Below the pieces are notes generated by a model that worked only from the letters and a program-made list of their open reading frames with translations, had not been told where the DNA came from and did not search any database. DNA of 64,000 bases from assembly GCA_963717465.1 (NCBI GenBank), contig OY970340.1:1920001-1984000 (forward strand), read 5' to 3'. Positions 1 through 12,368 of the stretch are shown here, piece by piece (position 1 is the first letter of the stretch; every line of letters starts with the position of its first letter). The DNA comes from Candidatus Bathyarchaeota archaeon. GTDB lineage: Archaea; Thermoproteota; Bathyarchaeia; Bathyarchaeales; Bathycorpusculaceae. The translations under genes were made by a program, and so were the position numbers.

Positions 1-1781
1 TTGAAACTGATATAATGTGAGGTGCCTCAACATCGGTGAACGTGTAGCTTCCAGTGATTTGCACAGAAGAATCGTCAACCAGCACTTGGCTAATTTTATA
101 GCCGCTTTTGGCACCGTATGTGAATGTTTGATTGCCGCCGTTATCAACGTCTATGAGACCTAAAGGAGTAATAATGCTGTCGTTGTCGCTAACAGCAGTA
201 ATAGGCTCATCATTAGGATGGCTTGCCGGGTGGCTAACTGTTCCAAGGTAGATTCTTGATGAAGGAAGCGAGGATATTAGAGTTTCATTCAACAAACTGT
301 TCCAGTCACTAGCGAAATCCAACTGCCAAATCCCAGAACTATTCAAATCATACTCAAAAATACTGGTCCCAAACATGGATAGGAAAGTGCCAGGTGAAGA
401 CACACTTACAGTAACCGTTCTAGCAGTGAGATTTATGCTGCTGACGCCACCATCCACTATATTATTGATATCCTCATAGGCAGATTCTGCCATGGGCACA
501 GCCAAAGACCCATTCACCGGAACGGTAGATAAAAGCATAATTAAAACGGCAGCATCAGCCGTTGCCTCCACACTCTCCGTAGTCTCAGAATTCAACCTGA
601 ACATACCTACGGAACTATTATACAATTCACTTTGCATAAGCAAACTCCAAGCAGGAGCTGAACCCGCAGAGCCATTCAACAAGCCTTGAACTTGACTCTG
701 CATAACGCTTGTCATATTACCATAAAATCCAAGAAGCGCAGACCAATACATGATAGTGTTCTCAAGCCTCTCCTGCGAGTTGCCTTTAGTACCATTAACT
801 CCCGTGGCATGAACAGCAACATAATCAAGCCAACCTGAACTGCTCCAACCTTGACTCAACAACCTGGTTTCCAAATCCGCAAACAAATTACCTACATCTG
901 AGATTGTTGGATCATAATAGTTAAGCTTAGAAATAATCTGATCAAACCCACCCGCTTCACACTCAAACGCAACCCAATTATAAGCATACTTATAGAAACT
1001 CCCACCCGAACATGTTGTATCCCAAAGATTAGCGTTAGTCCAGTTCCACCAGTACTCAGCCTGAACAAGCGCATCAGGAACACCCAACAACCAGAAGGTC
1101 AAATACATATCAACCGTTTCTCCACATTCATCATAATACCTCGGCCCGTAACTTATCCCCCAACCATTTCCATCAGACCCTATGCAGAGAACCGGCTTAC
1201 CATACTCAGCCACACCATAATTAAACACCGCATAAGCAGCAGACAAATTCCACTTAGAAGTCTCATAATTCAACTGATCCGCCCACTGATAAGCATACAA
1301 ATCAAACCTGTTATAGAGAAGAAAAGATGCAATACCAACTCCCGCATTCACGTTATCAAAATCATAAGGCAACCCTCCTACCGCTAGGCAACATAGAAAC
1401 CTCATTTAACGCCGCCTCAACCGTAGTCACATTAATTGCAACACCAAATTTCGCCAACTCAAAATACCAATAAAACACACTCTCAGCCGCAGACGTAGAA
1501 TTAACATTAATAGCATCAACAGCACCTTGAAGCTGACCCACCGTAGTTTGCCCCAACACAATCCCATCATAAATCGACTGCAAACTACTATTCCAACCAC
1601 CATTCGCCCCAACACTACTCTCCAAAGAAGCAATCACCGAAGCAGAACCCATAGTCTGCGTTACTAAATCACTCGCTTCCCCACCGACAACACTCACCGC
1701 CCCAGAAAAACAACTCACAGATAAAAACACAATTATGAACAACGCAGTTGCATGAATTGCATTAAAAATTTTTTTTACCAT
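1..1781 (-). CDS. Large secreted/surface protein, frameshifted near 1385, truncated by the left window edge; InlB B-repeat-like domain towards the C-terminus
   Basis: Signal peptide MVKKIFNAIHATALFIIVFLSV. Removing one base near 1385 gives an open frame to position 1 (…GPRYYDECGET…GGNQTFTYGAKSGYKISQVLVDDSSVQITGSYTFTDV). Confidence 0.7.
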
Positions 1782-2326
1782 ACACACTTCACTTATCATA
1801 TCAACAGTTAAAAAACCCCATAAGACGCTTAGTAAACGCTGTAAAACAAAAAGCAACCAAAAAACTCTTCATCAAATAACAAAAATGAATCCTTGAAAAA
1901 TAAACATCAAACACGGCAATCCCCCAGATCAACTACCACATAAATTCCAGTTATTAAAACAAGATTAAATTTAAATTTTTAGGTAACTCTTAGACACAAT
2001 TAAAACCGCTCAAAACAAAGACAACATCATTTTCAAAATACTAAAAAAAACCTAAATTTATGAAAACAATTAAGACTAAACGACAACACAAAATAAGAAA
2101 AAACTTTGAACACACGCTAAAAAAAAACAACCCTAACCACACAAGCAACACCAATCAAAAACTCACAACAGCACTCAGCCTAAACCAAACAATAGCACGT
2201 GCCAAATAGAACCAACATAAGCCTCCCAGAAAACTTTTATTTACTAATCACAAGCATCTTTACAAACAGAACCTAATTGGGAAAAAGGAGACCCCGTAAA
2301 ATAAAAAATCAGGAAAAGGAAACAAC

Positions 2327-3961
2327 ATGACTCTTCTCAGCCGCCTATTCGCAAGGATGTTCAAAATGCCTGCAGCAGAAACATACGACACTGCAATCGA
2401 GCGCGACATCAAAGTACCAATGTCAGACGGCGTCGTTTTACTGGCAGACCACTATTACCCCCGCAAAAATCCTAATGTACCCACACTATTGGTCAGATCA
2501 TGCTACGGCAGAAGCGGCATGCTTGGAGTAATGTACGGACACTTATTTGCCGAGCGCGGCTACCAAGCATTGATAGAAAGCTGCCGTGGAACAGCAGGAT
2601 CAGGCGGAAAGCTTAACCCGTTCTTTGACGAGCACTCCGACGGCATAGACACGATTGAATGGATAAAAAAGCAGAGTTGGTTTAATGGCAAGTTAGCAAC
2701 AATGGGGGGAAGTTACCTTGGTTATACACAGTGGGCTCTCGCTGCTGACGCAGCTAAAAGCTTAAGCGCCATGGCACTCACAGTCACCGCATCACAGTTT
2801 AGAGGACAAACTTATCCAGGCGATTCCTTATCTCTTCAGGACCCATTCTCCTGGACCTTAACTATGGGCTCTCCAGGAAAAACAGGATCCACAAATTTTA
2901 AAGTGATGCTATTTGGGCTACCATCAAAAAAAATACGACATTTGCCACTCGGTGATTTAGACAATCTTTTTATCGGCAAAAAAGTTGATTTCTGGCAAGA
3001 TTGGCTAAAAAACAGTGAACCTGAATACGAATGGTGGAAACCAGCCGATTTTAGCGAATCTGTAAAGCGAGTTAACGTTCCAGTAAATACGATTGCTGGC
3101 TGGTACGATATTTTCTTGCCTTGGCAACTAGACGATTATGTATCATTAAAAGAGGCAGGGTACTCGCCATACTTAACTGTTGGGCCATGGCAGCATACCA
3201 GCATGAAGGTTAATGAATACGGCCTTGCGGAAACCCTAACGTGGTTTAATGTAAAGCTAAAAGGTAAACATGACCAGTTAAGGAAATTACCCGTTCACAT
3301 TTTTGTCATGGGCTTAAAAGAGTGGAAGGACTTTGAAGAGTGGCCGCCACGTGATTACAATCCTGAAAACTGGTATCTCCAGACTGGAAAAAAGCTAGCT
3401 ACTGTTTCACCCGCTAGTTCCGACCCTGATACTTATGTTTATGACCCAGCCGACCCAACACCATCCATCGGCGGTGTAGTAATTTCCAAAGGAGGTTCCC
3501 AGAATAATCGAAAATTGGAAACTCGTGCAGATGTTCTTACCTTCACAAGTGATTTACTGGAAAAGGACACCGAAGTGATTGGCCCAGTTTCAGCTGAAAT
3601 CTATATCAAATCAAATAGGGAATATGCCGACTTTTTCGCCCGCGTTTGCGACGTTTATCCTTCTAACAAATCAATGAATGTTTGTGATGGAATCAGGAGA
3701 ATAAGACCTGGAAAGCCAGAACCAGAACCAGATGGCACTATCAAAGTAAAAATAGAGCTATGGCCAACAGCCTACATGTTCAAGAAAGGCCACAGCATCC
3801 GACTGCAAGTATCCAGCGGCGCGTTTCCCCGTTTCGCTCGCAACCTTGGTACCGGGCAACCTCTGGCGACAGGCGTGGATTTTCTTAAAGCAGAGCAGAA
3901 AATATATCATGACCCAGCACACCAATCGGCAATTATTCTACCAGCAAAGAGGTATCCGTAA
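2327..3961 (+). CDS. CocE/NonD family hydrolase (peptidase S15)
   Basis: VPMSDGVVLLADHYYP, GGSYLG nucleophile elbow, GPWQH, C-terminal SSGAFPRFARNLGTG. Confidence 0.92.
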   Translation: MTLLSRLFARMFKMPAAETYDTAIERDIKVPMSDGVVLLADHYYPRKNPNVPTLLVRSCYGRSGMLGVMYGHLFAERGYQALIESCRGTAGSGGKLNPFFDEHSDGIDTIEWIKKQSWFNGKLATMGGSYLGYTQWALAADAAKSLSAMALTVTASQFRGQTYPGDSLSLQDPFSWTLTMGSPGKTGSTNFKVMLFGLPSKKIRHLPLGDLDNLFIGKKVDFWQDWLKNSEPEYEWWKPADFSESVKRVNVPVNTIAGWYDIFLPWQLDDYVSLKEAGYSPYLTVGPWQHTSMKVNEYGLAETLTWFNVKLKGKHDQLRKLPVHIFVMGLKEWKDFEEWPPRDYNPENWYLQTGKKLATVSPASSDPDTYVYDPADPTPSIGGVVISKGGSQNNRKLETRADVLTFTSDLLEKDTEVIGPVSAEIYIKSNREYADFFARVCDVYPSNKSMNVCDGIRRIRPGKPEPEPDGTIKVKIELWPTAYMFKKGHSIRLQVSSGAFPRFARNLGTGQPLATGVDFLKAEQKIYHDPAHQSAIILPAKRYP

Positions 3962-4082
3962 CATCTAACACCTCCTCTAGAGAATAGACGCACCAAAAAA
4001 GTTCAGTGCACCTTTTTTCGATGAAACGTGGCCCTCAAATTACCTATTTCCTGAAAAAACATTCCAAATTTAATCATTCAAA

Positions 4083-5607
4083 TTATGACCCAGCGCCTAT
4101 TGTGCCATCCCAAGTGTCAACTTTTGTCTTTTTCTGTTCTTCTTTTGTAAACCATGTCGTAGTTACGCATTTTGTTTCTGTAAAGAACTTTAAGCCATCC
4201 TCGCCTAACACGTGTAAATCTCCGAAAAACGAGTTCTTATGCCCAGAAAATGGGAATATGCTCACTGGCACAGGAATGCCGACGTTGATTCCCACCATGC
4301 CTGCATGGGTTCTCAAAGCAAATTGCCTGCTGTAGTAGCCGCTCTGCGTATAAATTACTGAGCCGTTAGCATAACGACTTTTATTCATGAGTTGAATGCC
4401 CTCTTCAAAATCTTTCACTCTTTTGACGCATATGACTGGGCCGAATATTTCTTCGTTGCCTATTGTCATTTCTGGTGTGACATGATCAAATATTGTAGGT
4501 CCAAGATAGAATCCCCATCGGTAACCTTTAACCTTGATATTCCGCCCGTCTAGAACCAGCTTGGCACCTTCTTCAACGCCTTTTTCAATCCATTTAATTA
4601 CAGATCGTCTATGGGCATCTGTTACAAGTGGCCCAAGTTGCGATGTTTTTTCATATGCAGGACCAACTGTGAGATCTTTTGCGTATTTTACAAGTAACTC
4701 AACCAGTTTATCGGCGATGCTTTCCTGCACGACAACTACTGGTAACGCCATGCATCGTTCTCCTGCGCAGCCAAAACCTGAATTAATTATGCCTCTAGCA
4801 GTGCGTTGCAGTGCGGCATCTTCCAGGACCAAAGCGTGATTTTTGGCTTCGCTAAGAGCCTGGACTCTTTTGCCGTTTGCGGCAGCGGTGGAGTAAATAT
4901 GAAGTGCCACAGACATTGAGCCAACAAAGCTTACTCCTTTTATGTCAGGGTGCCTTAGGAAAATTTCTGCTTCGTTTCTGCTGCACGTTAAAATGTTCAG
5001 CACGCCGTCGGGCAATCCGGCTTCCTGCCAAAGTTCCGCGCACCGCATAGCTGTCATAGGAGTCATAGAGGCTGCTTTAATAACCAACGTGTTTCCTGTC
5101 GCTATGCACATGGGTGCCATCCACCCCATCGGAATCATTCCTGGGAAATTGAAAGGAGGAATACAGGCGAATACGCCCACTGGCTCGCGATACATCACTG
5201 TATCGTACCCGGTTGAAGTGTTCATAAGCGACTGTCCCATCATAAGGGTAGGCGCGCCACATGCAAGTTCTACTGGCTCTTTGATTTTCAGTATATCGCC
5301 TTTAGCCTCCTCCCACACCTTGCCATGCTCTCTTGCAACCATATAGAGTCAGTTCATCCAGGTTTTTGCCCAATAAATCTTTGAATTTGAATAGCACCTG
5401 GACTCTTTTCATAACGGGCGTCTGTGACCATGTTTCAAAAGCTTTTTTAGCAGCTTGTATAGCCGCTTCTACCTCGTCAACTGTGCAGCAAGGCGTTTGG
5501 GCTATGACTTCTCCAGTGCTTGGATTATAAACATCCATATACTTGTCAGTGTTGGATTCTAACCATTTTCCGGCTGCAAAGTATTTTAGTTTTTTAACAT
5601 TAGTCAT
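4083..5607 (-). CDS. mmsA: CoA-acylating (methyl)malonate-semialdehyde dehydrogenase, split by a 1-nt insertion near 5343
   Basis: ORFs 5302-5607 and 4083-5342 join into one ALDH: PFNFP, AKNH, GCAGERCMA, EEIFGPV, GINVGIPVP, FSGHKNSFFGDLH. Confidence 0.88.
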
Positions 5608-5674
5608 TCCTGGGGCTTCCTAAAGCTATTTTTTCAATCATTGAAGTATTTTAATTTTCTTTCTGCTTAATTTC

Positions 5675-7349
5675 TTATTTCTTCGTTAAATTGAGTTTTT
5701 TCGGGCTCAATGTTCTGTAGTAACTGCCGCAGAGATTTTTTGGATTAAATGTTTCACGCACTTTGTATTGATAAGCTGTTACAAGAGGCTGAGGCAGTTT
5801 GGAAAACATTTCATCCTGTTCTTCTTGGCTTAAATAATATCCATCTGGACGACGGGCACTCTGGTTCCATTTGCCCATATCCACTCCGAGCTTCTTTTCA
5901 TTCATCCAGTCCTGTGTCGCGTTAAAAAAGTCCGCTGTACCTTTTACCGATGATTTTTCGTAAGCGTCAAAATGGGTAAAGAACTCCCAACCGGTACTTC
6001 CACCGCCGCCCATGATGGTGATTGAGCCCATATCCGAATCTCCGCCGACCTTGGCAATATGGTTGGTTTCATCTTCCCATTTCTTCTTAAGTGCAGAAGC
6101 TTCTTCCATCACCGAAGAGGATACAAACACGTTATTGGATAACCCAAAGTTACCTTCGTAGGCGCCGCACATGACGTAATTCAAGTTTTTATGACCCATG
6201 CGTAGCAAATACATGAGCGTCCAATCTTTTAGCTCCGGATCCAGCATGAAGTCGCTCTTCCAGCCGCCTACTCGCTCAAGAATTGTGTCCAAAGCTTTTT
6301 CTTTATAGTCTAAATCTCGTTTTGTCATGCCTGCAATGATTACTTGTATGTCTATCTTCATGTCCTTGTTAGCTTTTTTCAATTCTGGATCATTGACATA
6401 TTTCTCCAGGTCTGAAAGTTGCCCGTTCGGATCGTTGAGTATTTTGATCATTGCCGTTTTAATGTCGCGTCCAAACATGTTGAATTGCCTGTGACCAAGG
6501 TAGAGAATCTCTGCCTGATGCAGCAGATTAATACCGTTTGAATAGGCATCCCAGTTTGGGAAACACAACGTATACGCCTTAAAGTTGTCTGGTAGACACG
6601 CCTTATAGGCTGGTGCCTGACCGCGTGAAGGAATAAAGGTTGGTCCTGGCCAAGGATGAAGCCTGACTGCAACCCTTGTGCATACGCCGAATGAACCTGC
6701 AGTTCCTTGTTTAGCACGCAGTATTGCCCTTGTACTTATGCCTGGGCCATCTCCGCTGAACCAGCCGGAGCCTGCTCCGAGCGATCCAGTTCTTAATATT
6801 TCACCATTAGGCAGCACCCATTCTGCAGCCAGCATGTTTTCTGTCACTGCACCCATAAATATTGTTTGGGGACCAAAGCCTACCCACCCTGCTGTACTCG
6901 CTGCAACAGAGCTTGAGCAGCCTACCCCGGGTAAATTTAAGGTTCAAGCCGACTTTCAATGCTTCTGCTTGCACAACTGCACCAATTGCATAAGGTTCAA
7001 CGATTGCGTACATGTTTTTTGCATCTATTTCGATTCTTCGCATTCGACGCATATCCAGCTGAACCGAGTTGTCCCCTCCAATGTACCCCATAACAGACCA
7101 AAATGTGGTGGATGCCTTGAATTGGATGTTGTACTTGTTGCATAATTTGATGATTTTTTGAACTTCCTCTGTGCTTCCCGGTAGAATTACTGCAAGTGGA
7201 AGAGGCGTCTTGGTTGAATAAGGACCTCGATGATCTGAGGATTGAGCTGGAATAGCCCTGTAGGTTTCACAAATTCCAATGTCTTCAGATATATTTCTGG
7301 GTCCCACGATATCTTCAAATGCCTTGTACACTTCTTTTGCCAAAACCAT
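5675..7349 (-). CDS. FAD-binding oxidoreductase (FAD_binding_4/VAO-like), split by an extra A near 6937
   Basis: LAVILPGSTEEVQKIIKLCN N-terminus; after the shift, WVLPNGEILRTGS and GTAGSFGVCT; FNPKNL C-terminus. Confidence 0.8.
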
Positions 7350-7360
7350 GTGATTCCCTT

Positions 7361-8635
7361 CTAAAGGGCCTTCATGACGAGATCAATAATATCATAAACC
7401 ATGATTCCGTCATCATTCTTGTCTAATGACCCGATAAAGTTGCTTTCACACCAGGGACATGCAGTTACCAACGCTTCTGCGCCAATAGCTCTCGCTTCCT
7501 GTATGCGTTCTTTGGCTGTCCATGCAGAGAAATCTTTTGAGAACTCGCCGCAGCCGCCTCCTGCACCGCAACACCAAGAATATTCGCGTGTGCGTTCCAT
7601 TTCTACGAGGTTGATTCCTGGTATTGCCTTGAGCACGTTTCTTGGTGGATCATAGATGCCGTAAACGCCGTTGTATCGTGGGCGCGGAGGATCCCATGTG
7701 TGAATTTGATTGCGTATCTTCTTTTCTTTGCCAACCCATGGAACGTAAGGCTCACCCTGTCGCCCCAAATGGCAGGGATCGTGATAAGTGACTGTCATGT
7801 TTACAGGTTTCGTAAATCTGATTTTGCCTGCGTTGATCAGTCTTTCTAAATATTCAACTATGTGTAGCACTTCGATGTCAAGCCCTAACTTGGGGTACAA
7901 CCTTTTAAATCCGTGGTAGCAGTCTGAGCATGGCGTAATTATTGTTTTGACTTTTGCTTTTTGAATAGCTTTGATATTCGCTTTCGCCATTTGATTAAAT
8001 TCGTCCATAAACCCCATTTGATACGCTCTTGCAGCACAGCAATTGTCAGCCTTGCCGAGTACAGCCACATCAGTGCCTGCATCTTGCAGTAATGTAACCA
8101 TCATCTTGGCTTTCTTTGATAGATCTTCATTGTAACTGTATTTGCAGCCTGGGAAAAACAAGATTTCAGAGTTTTCTGTGAGAGCATCTTTTACTTTTAA
8201 GTTTTTCATCCAATTGTTTCGGTCAGTTTTTTTCTTTCCTGAAAGCATGGTCTGTTCCTTTTTTAGGCTACCAATTATTTGTTCTTGTCCGGGGAGTGTT
8301 TTTCCTTTTTTTATTGCATCGGCTTTAAGTGCAATATTATGATCTAAAGGCTCTAAGTTGTATCGGCAGATTTTGCAGCTTACGTCGCAGGAGCCGCAGG
8401 TCATGCAGTTATGCACGACTTCTACTACTTTATCGGTGTACGGTGCATCTCCATCCAGAATAGTTTGTGCAAGTTGGAATCTTCCTCGTGCAGAATAAGT
8501 GTTGAAATTATAGTAGCAGACACTTGGGCAGTTCTCGCTGAACCTTTGGCTTTTCATTTTATCGAAAGGTATCCATTTGCAGCCTGAGCAGTTGCTGCAG
8601 CGTTCCATCATAGGTCTGTATTCATTCAGAGACAT
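7361..8635 (-). CDS. Fe-S oxidoreductase, GlcF/HdrD-like (two 4Fe-4S motifs + two CCG domains)
   Basis: CSNCSGC, CMTCGSCDVSC, NCC, YHDPCHLGR, WCCGAGGG, TACPWC. Confidence 0.88.
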   Translation of the reverse strand: MSLNEYRPMMERCSNCSGCKWIPFDKMKSQRFSENCPSVCYYNFNTYSARGRFQLAQTILDGDAPYTDKVVEVVHNCMTCGSCDVSCKICRYNLEPLDHNIALKADAIKKGKTLPGQEQIIGSLKKEQTMLSGKKKTDRNNWMKNLKVKDALTENSEILFFPGCKYSYNEDLSKKAKMMVTLLQDAGTDVAVLGKADNCCAARAYQMGFMDEFNQMAKANIKAIQKAKVKTIITPCSDCYHGFKRLYPKLGLDIEVLHIVEYLERLINAGKIRFTKPVNMTVTYHDPCHLGRQGEPYVPWVGKEKKIRNQIHTWDPPRPRYNGVYGIYDPPRNVLKAIPGINLVEMERTREYSWCCGAGGGCGEFSKDFSAWTAKERIQEARAIGAEALVTACPWCESNFIGSLDKNDDGIMVYDIIDLVMKAL

Positions 8636-8656
8636 TTCAATATCCTCACAATTAAT

Positions 8657-10165
8657 TTAATAATTAGATAGCTTACCAGGATTCAAAATGTAATTCGGGT
8701 CGAATATCGCTTTAAGCTGCTGTTGGACTTTGTAGTTTTGTGCGTCTTTATTCAATTGAAGTTTCGACCAGATGCCATACGGGCGGAAATAGTACGCGCC
8801 CATGTGTGAAAACTCGGTGCTTGCCTTTTCAAAAAGAGCTTTAGCCTTGCCTACCTCTTCTGCGCTATTCACGTTGTAGGGGAGTGTAAATGAACAGTGA
8901 TACGATGTTCCCATATTCTCAGGCTGAAGATATACTCCGATATCCGAAACTGGGTAGCCCGATTCGGATGCGAGATCCATCATTTTTTGTATAAACCTCG
9001 GCGTTTGATCCAAGGTGGTTGAAAAGAATAAGTCTTCGAATGTGCCCTTGTAGGTTTCCTTCCAGTAAGTGCTACCGCATGGATTTGACGATTTGTTCAG
9101 TACCGCCTTACCCGATATGCCGCCAATCGTCGATAGCAATTGCAATCCATATTTTTGTGCAATTTCGCTGATATCTGCCTCCTGAGACGCTACCCGCTCT
9201 TTGGGCAGTATTTCTCTTCCTACAATACCGACCAAGACAACCCACGACGGCAACTTCATCTTTAACTTGTTAATATCCTCTTGGTCTTTTGCCATTAAAC
9301 AGGCCAATTGAGCGTTATTCATTAAAAAGAACTCTTCACTAAAACGAAATCGAAGCACGTTGTATGCAAAATCGATTAAGTCTTCCAGCTTCTTTGCGGG
9401 CACAAGGTATCCTTTGTGAACTTGGGGTTTGATTTCGCATCGAACAGACACCCATGTAACAATACCCATTGTGCCTTGTGCACCTGTCAGCAGCCTGTAA
9501 AAATCAAGCATCATTGGGCCTGCTGGCTCAACTTGCCATTTGTTTTCTTTCCACTGTTTTTCAAGATCCATCACTGAGCCGCCAGCTTCTCCTGTATACA
9601 TACGGTTGCCGTCTCCCCAGGTAACTTCCACACAGCGCAACGGGTCTAAATCGCACCACTGATGCAATACGTTTAGACGAGGTTCAGTTTCAAGCAAGCT
9701 GCCCACCACAGACTTGCCTTCTCTTGGCGTTAGTGGAAGAGATACTGTCATGCCTTCCTTTTCAAGCGCTTGCATCAACTCACCATACGTAACGCCTGGT
9801 TCGATAACTGTTATTCTATGCGTACGATTAATGCTCAATATTTTTTTCATTTCTGAAAGATCAACAATGATTGCTTCTGGTACGCTTGGCACTGTGTCTC
9901 CCTTATAATGTGGAGCTTTTGAACTAACAGGTACAAGCGGCGTTTTTGTTTCATTAGCCAGTTTTACTAGTGCACCAACATCAACTGCACTGTGCACTTT
10001 GACCACGAATCGTGGTGCCATTTTCGTCGCGAAACTTCTATCCTTAGAATAGCACGAAAGTACCTCGGGATCATCACTTACATTCTCTGATCCAAGGATT
10101 TTAATTAAATCCTTCTTTATGTTTTTCATGTTAAATCTCCATAAGCTTTTGGTTTTTTCAAACAT
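8657..10165 (-). CDS. FAD-binding oxidoreductase (GlcD-like)
   Basis: VIEPGVTYGEL, GAQGTMGIVT, C-terminal FDPNYILNPGK; true start probably the second Met (MKNIKK). Confidence 0.88.
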   Translation of the reverse strand: MFEKTKSLWRFNMKNIKKDLIKILGSENVSDDPEVLSCYSKDRSFATKMAPRFVVKVHSAVDVGALVKLANETKTPLVPVSSKAPHYKGDTVPSVPEAIIVDLSEMKKILSINRTHRITVIEPGVTYGELMQALEKEGMTVSLPLTPREGKSVVGSLLETEPRLNVLHQWCDLDPLRCVEVTWGDGNRMYTGEAGGSVMDLEKQWKENKWQVEPAGPMMLDFYRLLTGAQGTMGIVTWVSVRCEIKPQVHKGYLVPAKKLEDLIDFAYNVLRFRFSEEFFLMNNAQLACLMAKDQEDINKLKMKLPSWVVLVGIVGREILPKERVASQEADISEIAQKYGLQLLSTIGGISGKAVLNKSSNPCGSTYWKETYKGTFEDLFFSTTLDQTPRFIQKMMDLASESGYPVSDIGVYLQPENMGTSYHCSFTLPYNVNSAEEVGKAKALFEKASTEFSHMGAYYFRPYGIWSKLQLNKDAQNYKVQQQLKAIFDPNYILNPGKLSNY

Positions 10166-10334
10166 TGATGCGAAAGAATCAAAGAATTAATTGGAGAAAG
10201 TGAGGTTAAAAAGCATGCAGAGAGACTATTCGACTCACACTTTTGCTTAGAGAGTTGCATTAGGAAATCAGAAATGGAATAAAAAGCCCCAACTATATAA
10301 CCATTTTTAATTCACTCTATGACTAGCTGATTCG

Positions 10335-11384
10335 TTAATGTTCTGGTTGGTTAGGCTCTAAGATAACCTTTAATGATGCTCCTGCTTCTGCCATGAGTCT
10401 GAAGCCTTCTTGGGCTTCGCGAAGACTAAGCTTATGCGTAATCATGTCTTTGACATTCATTTCTTTCTTTGCTAAAATAGCTAGGGCATCTTCTAAATCG
10501 TTTGGGGCTGCGCCATAACTTGTTTTTAGGGTTATTTCGTTTCTCCAGAACTGGTTAATCGGCACTGGGAATTTTTACGCTTGGGTCTGGTACGGCAAAA
10601 AACAGGATGGTGCCCCCTTTGTCCACGCAGTCCAATGCTGATATGGTGGCTGAAGTTGCGCCAGTGCAGACGATCACTTGATCCGCTAAGCGTCCATCGT
10701 TTACTTCTTTAATTTTCTCTGGCATAGTCACCTTTCGCGTCTATTGCATGGTGAGCACCAAATTTCTCGGCAAGCTTTAATCTGTAAGGGTTAATGTCGG
10801 CCACGATGATATTTTCGACTCCCTTGTGTTTTGCCAGTTGAACGTGAAGTATTCCAGATACTCCGCTTCCGATTATCAGCAGCTGAGTCATCTTTTTTCA
10901 GATTAGCCAATCTTTGACCGCGAGAAACACATGCCAAGAGGCTCAATGAATGTGCCTTCTTCAAAAGTCATGTCGTCTGGCAGCTTGTAGACGCCGAATT
11001 CAACGTTTATTTTTGGCACTTGAATATACTGAGAAAATCCGCCTGGGTAATAATTTGTTGTATGTAGCGTCTCGCAGGCAGTATGATATCCCCGTATGCA
11101 ATACCGGCATTTGTTGCATGGAACATGATGCGAAACAAAAACTCGGTCGCCAACTTTTAAGCTTGTAACTTTTGCGCCGACTTTATCTATGACTCCTGTT
11201 GCCTCGTGCCCAAGCACTCTTGGAGCTTTAGGTACACGTACCATTCTATAACGTCGCTTCCGCATATGCCGCTTGCCATAACCTTAAGCAAAACTTCCTC
11301 ATCGCCAATTTGAGGAATGGGAAACTCTTGAATTCTCACATCATGATTATTATAGTAAACTGCAACGAGCACTAAATTCACCAA
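10335..11384 (-). pseudogene. Zn-dependent alcohol/polyol dehydrogenase, broken by about five single-base indels (decay or assembly error)
   Basis: Fragments GICGSD, LGHEATG, CNKCRYC…C, IIGSGVSG and KVILEP lie in successive frames. Confidence 0.85.
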
Positions 11385-11398
11385 AAAAATAGAAAAAA

Positions 11399-12197
11399 TT
11401 ATGCTTTTCCAGTTTTCACTTGTTCAAACAGGTCTAATGCTTCTTTTGATGTGTAATTGTCGTGAATTATGGCTCTTATCGCTTTTATCGCTGCGACAGG
11501 GTGCTCTGTTTGCCAAATGTTCCTGCCAAGATTAACGCCTATTGCACCTTTCTGCATTCCGTCATAGACAAAATCAAAAACTTCGGCTTGGGTTTCAGTT
11601 TTCGGTCCGCCTGCAATTACAACTGGGACTGGGCATCCGTCGACGATTTTTTCAAAATTCTCTTTGCAATAATAGGTTTTGACTACTCGTGCTCCTATTT
11701 CTGCGGAAACTCGTGCGGCTAAGGCTAAGTATCGTGCTTCTCTTTTTTCAAGTTCTTTTCCAACTGCGGTTACAGCCATAACTGGCATACCGTAGTCTTC
11801 ACATTCGTCAACGAGTTTTGCGAGGTTGCTGAGGCTTTTATTCTCGTATTTTGAGCCTACGAATACTGACATGGAAACTGCTGACGCGTTTAACCGTAAA
11901 ATCTCCTGAACAGACGTGACTATGCTTTCGTTTGCTAAATCTTCGCCAACAACTGTTACCGCTCCAGAGACTCTCAGAATGAATGGCTTGTCAATTGTTG
12001 GGTCAATGCAGTTTCTAAGAACTCCCCGTAGTGAGCATTACTCCATCAGCGTACTGCCAGATTGGCTCGATAGTTTTTCCTGGCTTCTCCAATCCATGAG
12101 TTGGCCCTTGAAAGTAACCATGATCCACTGGCAAAAAGAGGGCTTTACCATCTTTTTGGAAAAGTCGGCTTAACCTGTTTTTCATTCCCCAATCCAT
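11399..12197 (-). CDS. lsrF: LsrF-like class I aldolase/thiolase (DhnA family), 1-nt frameshift near 12030
   Basis: MDWGMKNRLSR…PVDHGYFQGP N-terminus; VKTYYC, VIAGGPK, GRNIWQ. Confidence 0.8.
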
Positions 12198-12368
12198 AAC
12201 TTATTTCTCCGCAAAATCTTTTAGCTTCAGGATTAAATAACCTTATCTATATAACCCGCTCAATTAAATAGGCTTGTATTAATTAGGCGTCTCGCTTTCC
12301 GCGCTGATTTTGCTTATAATTTTTAATTTAGCCAAACTCTTTTATAACACAAGCAGAATAGCTTTTTT

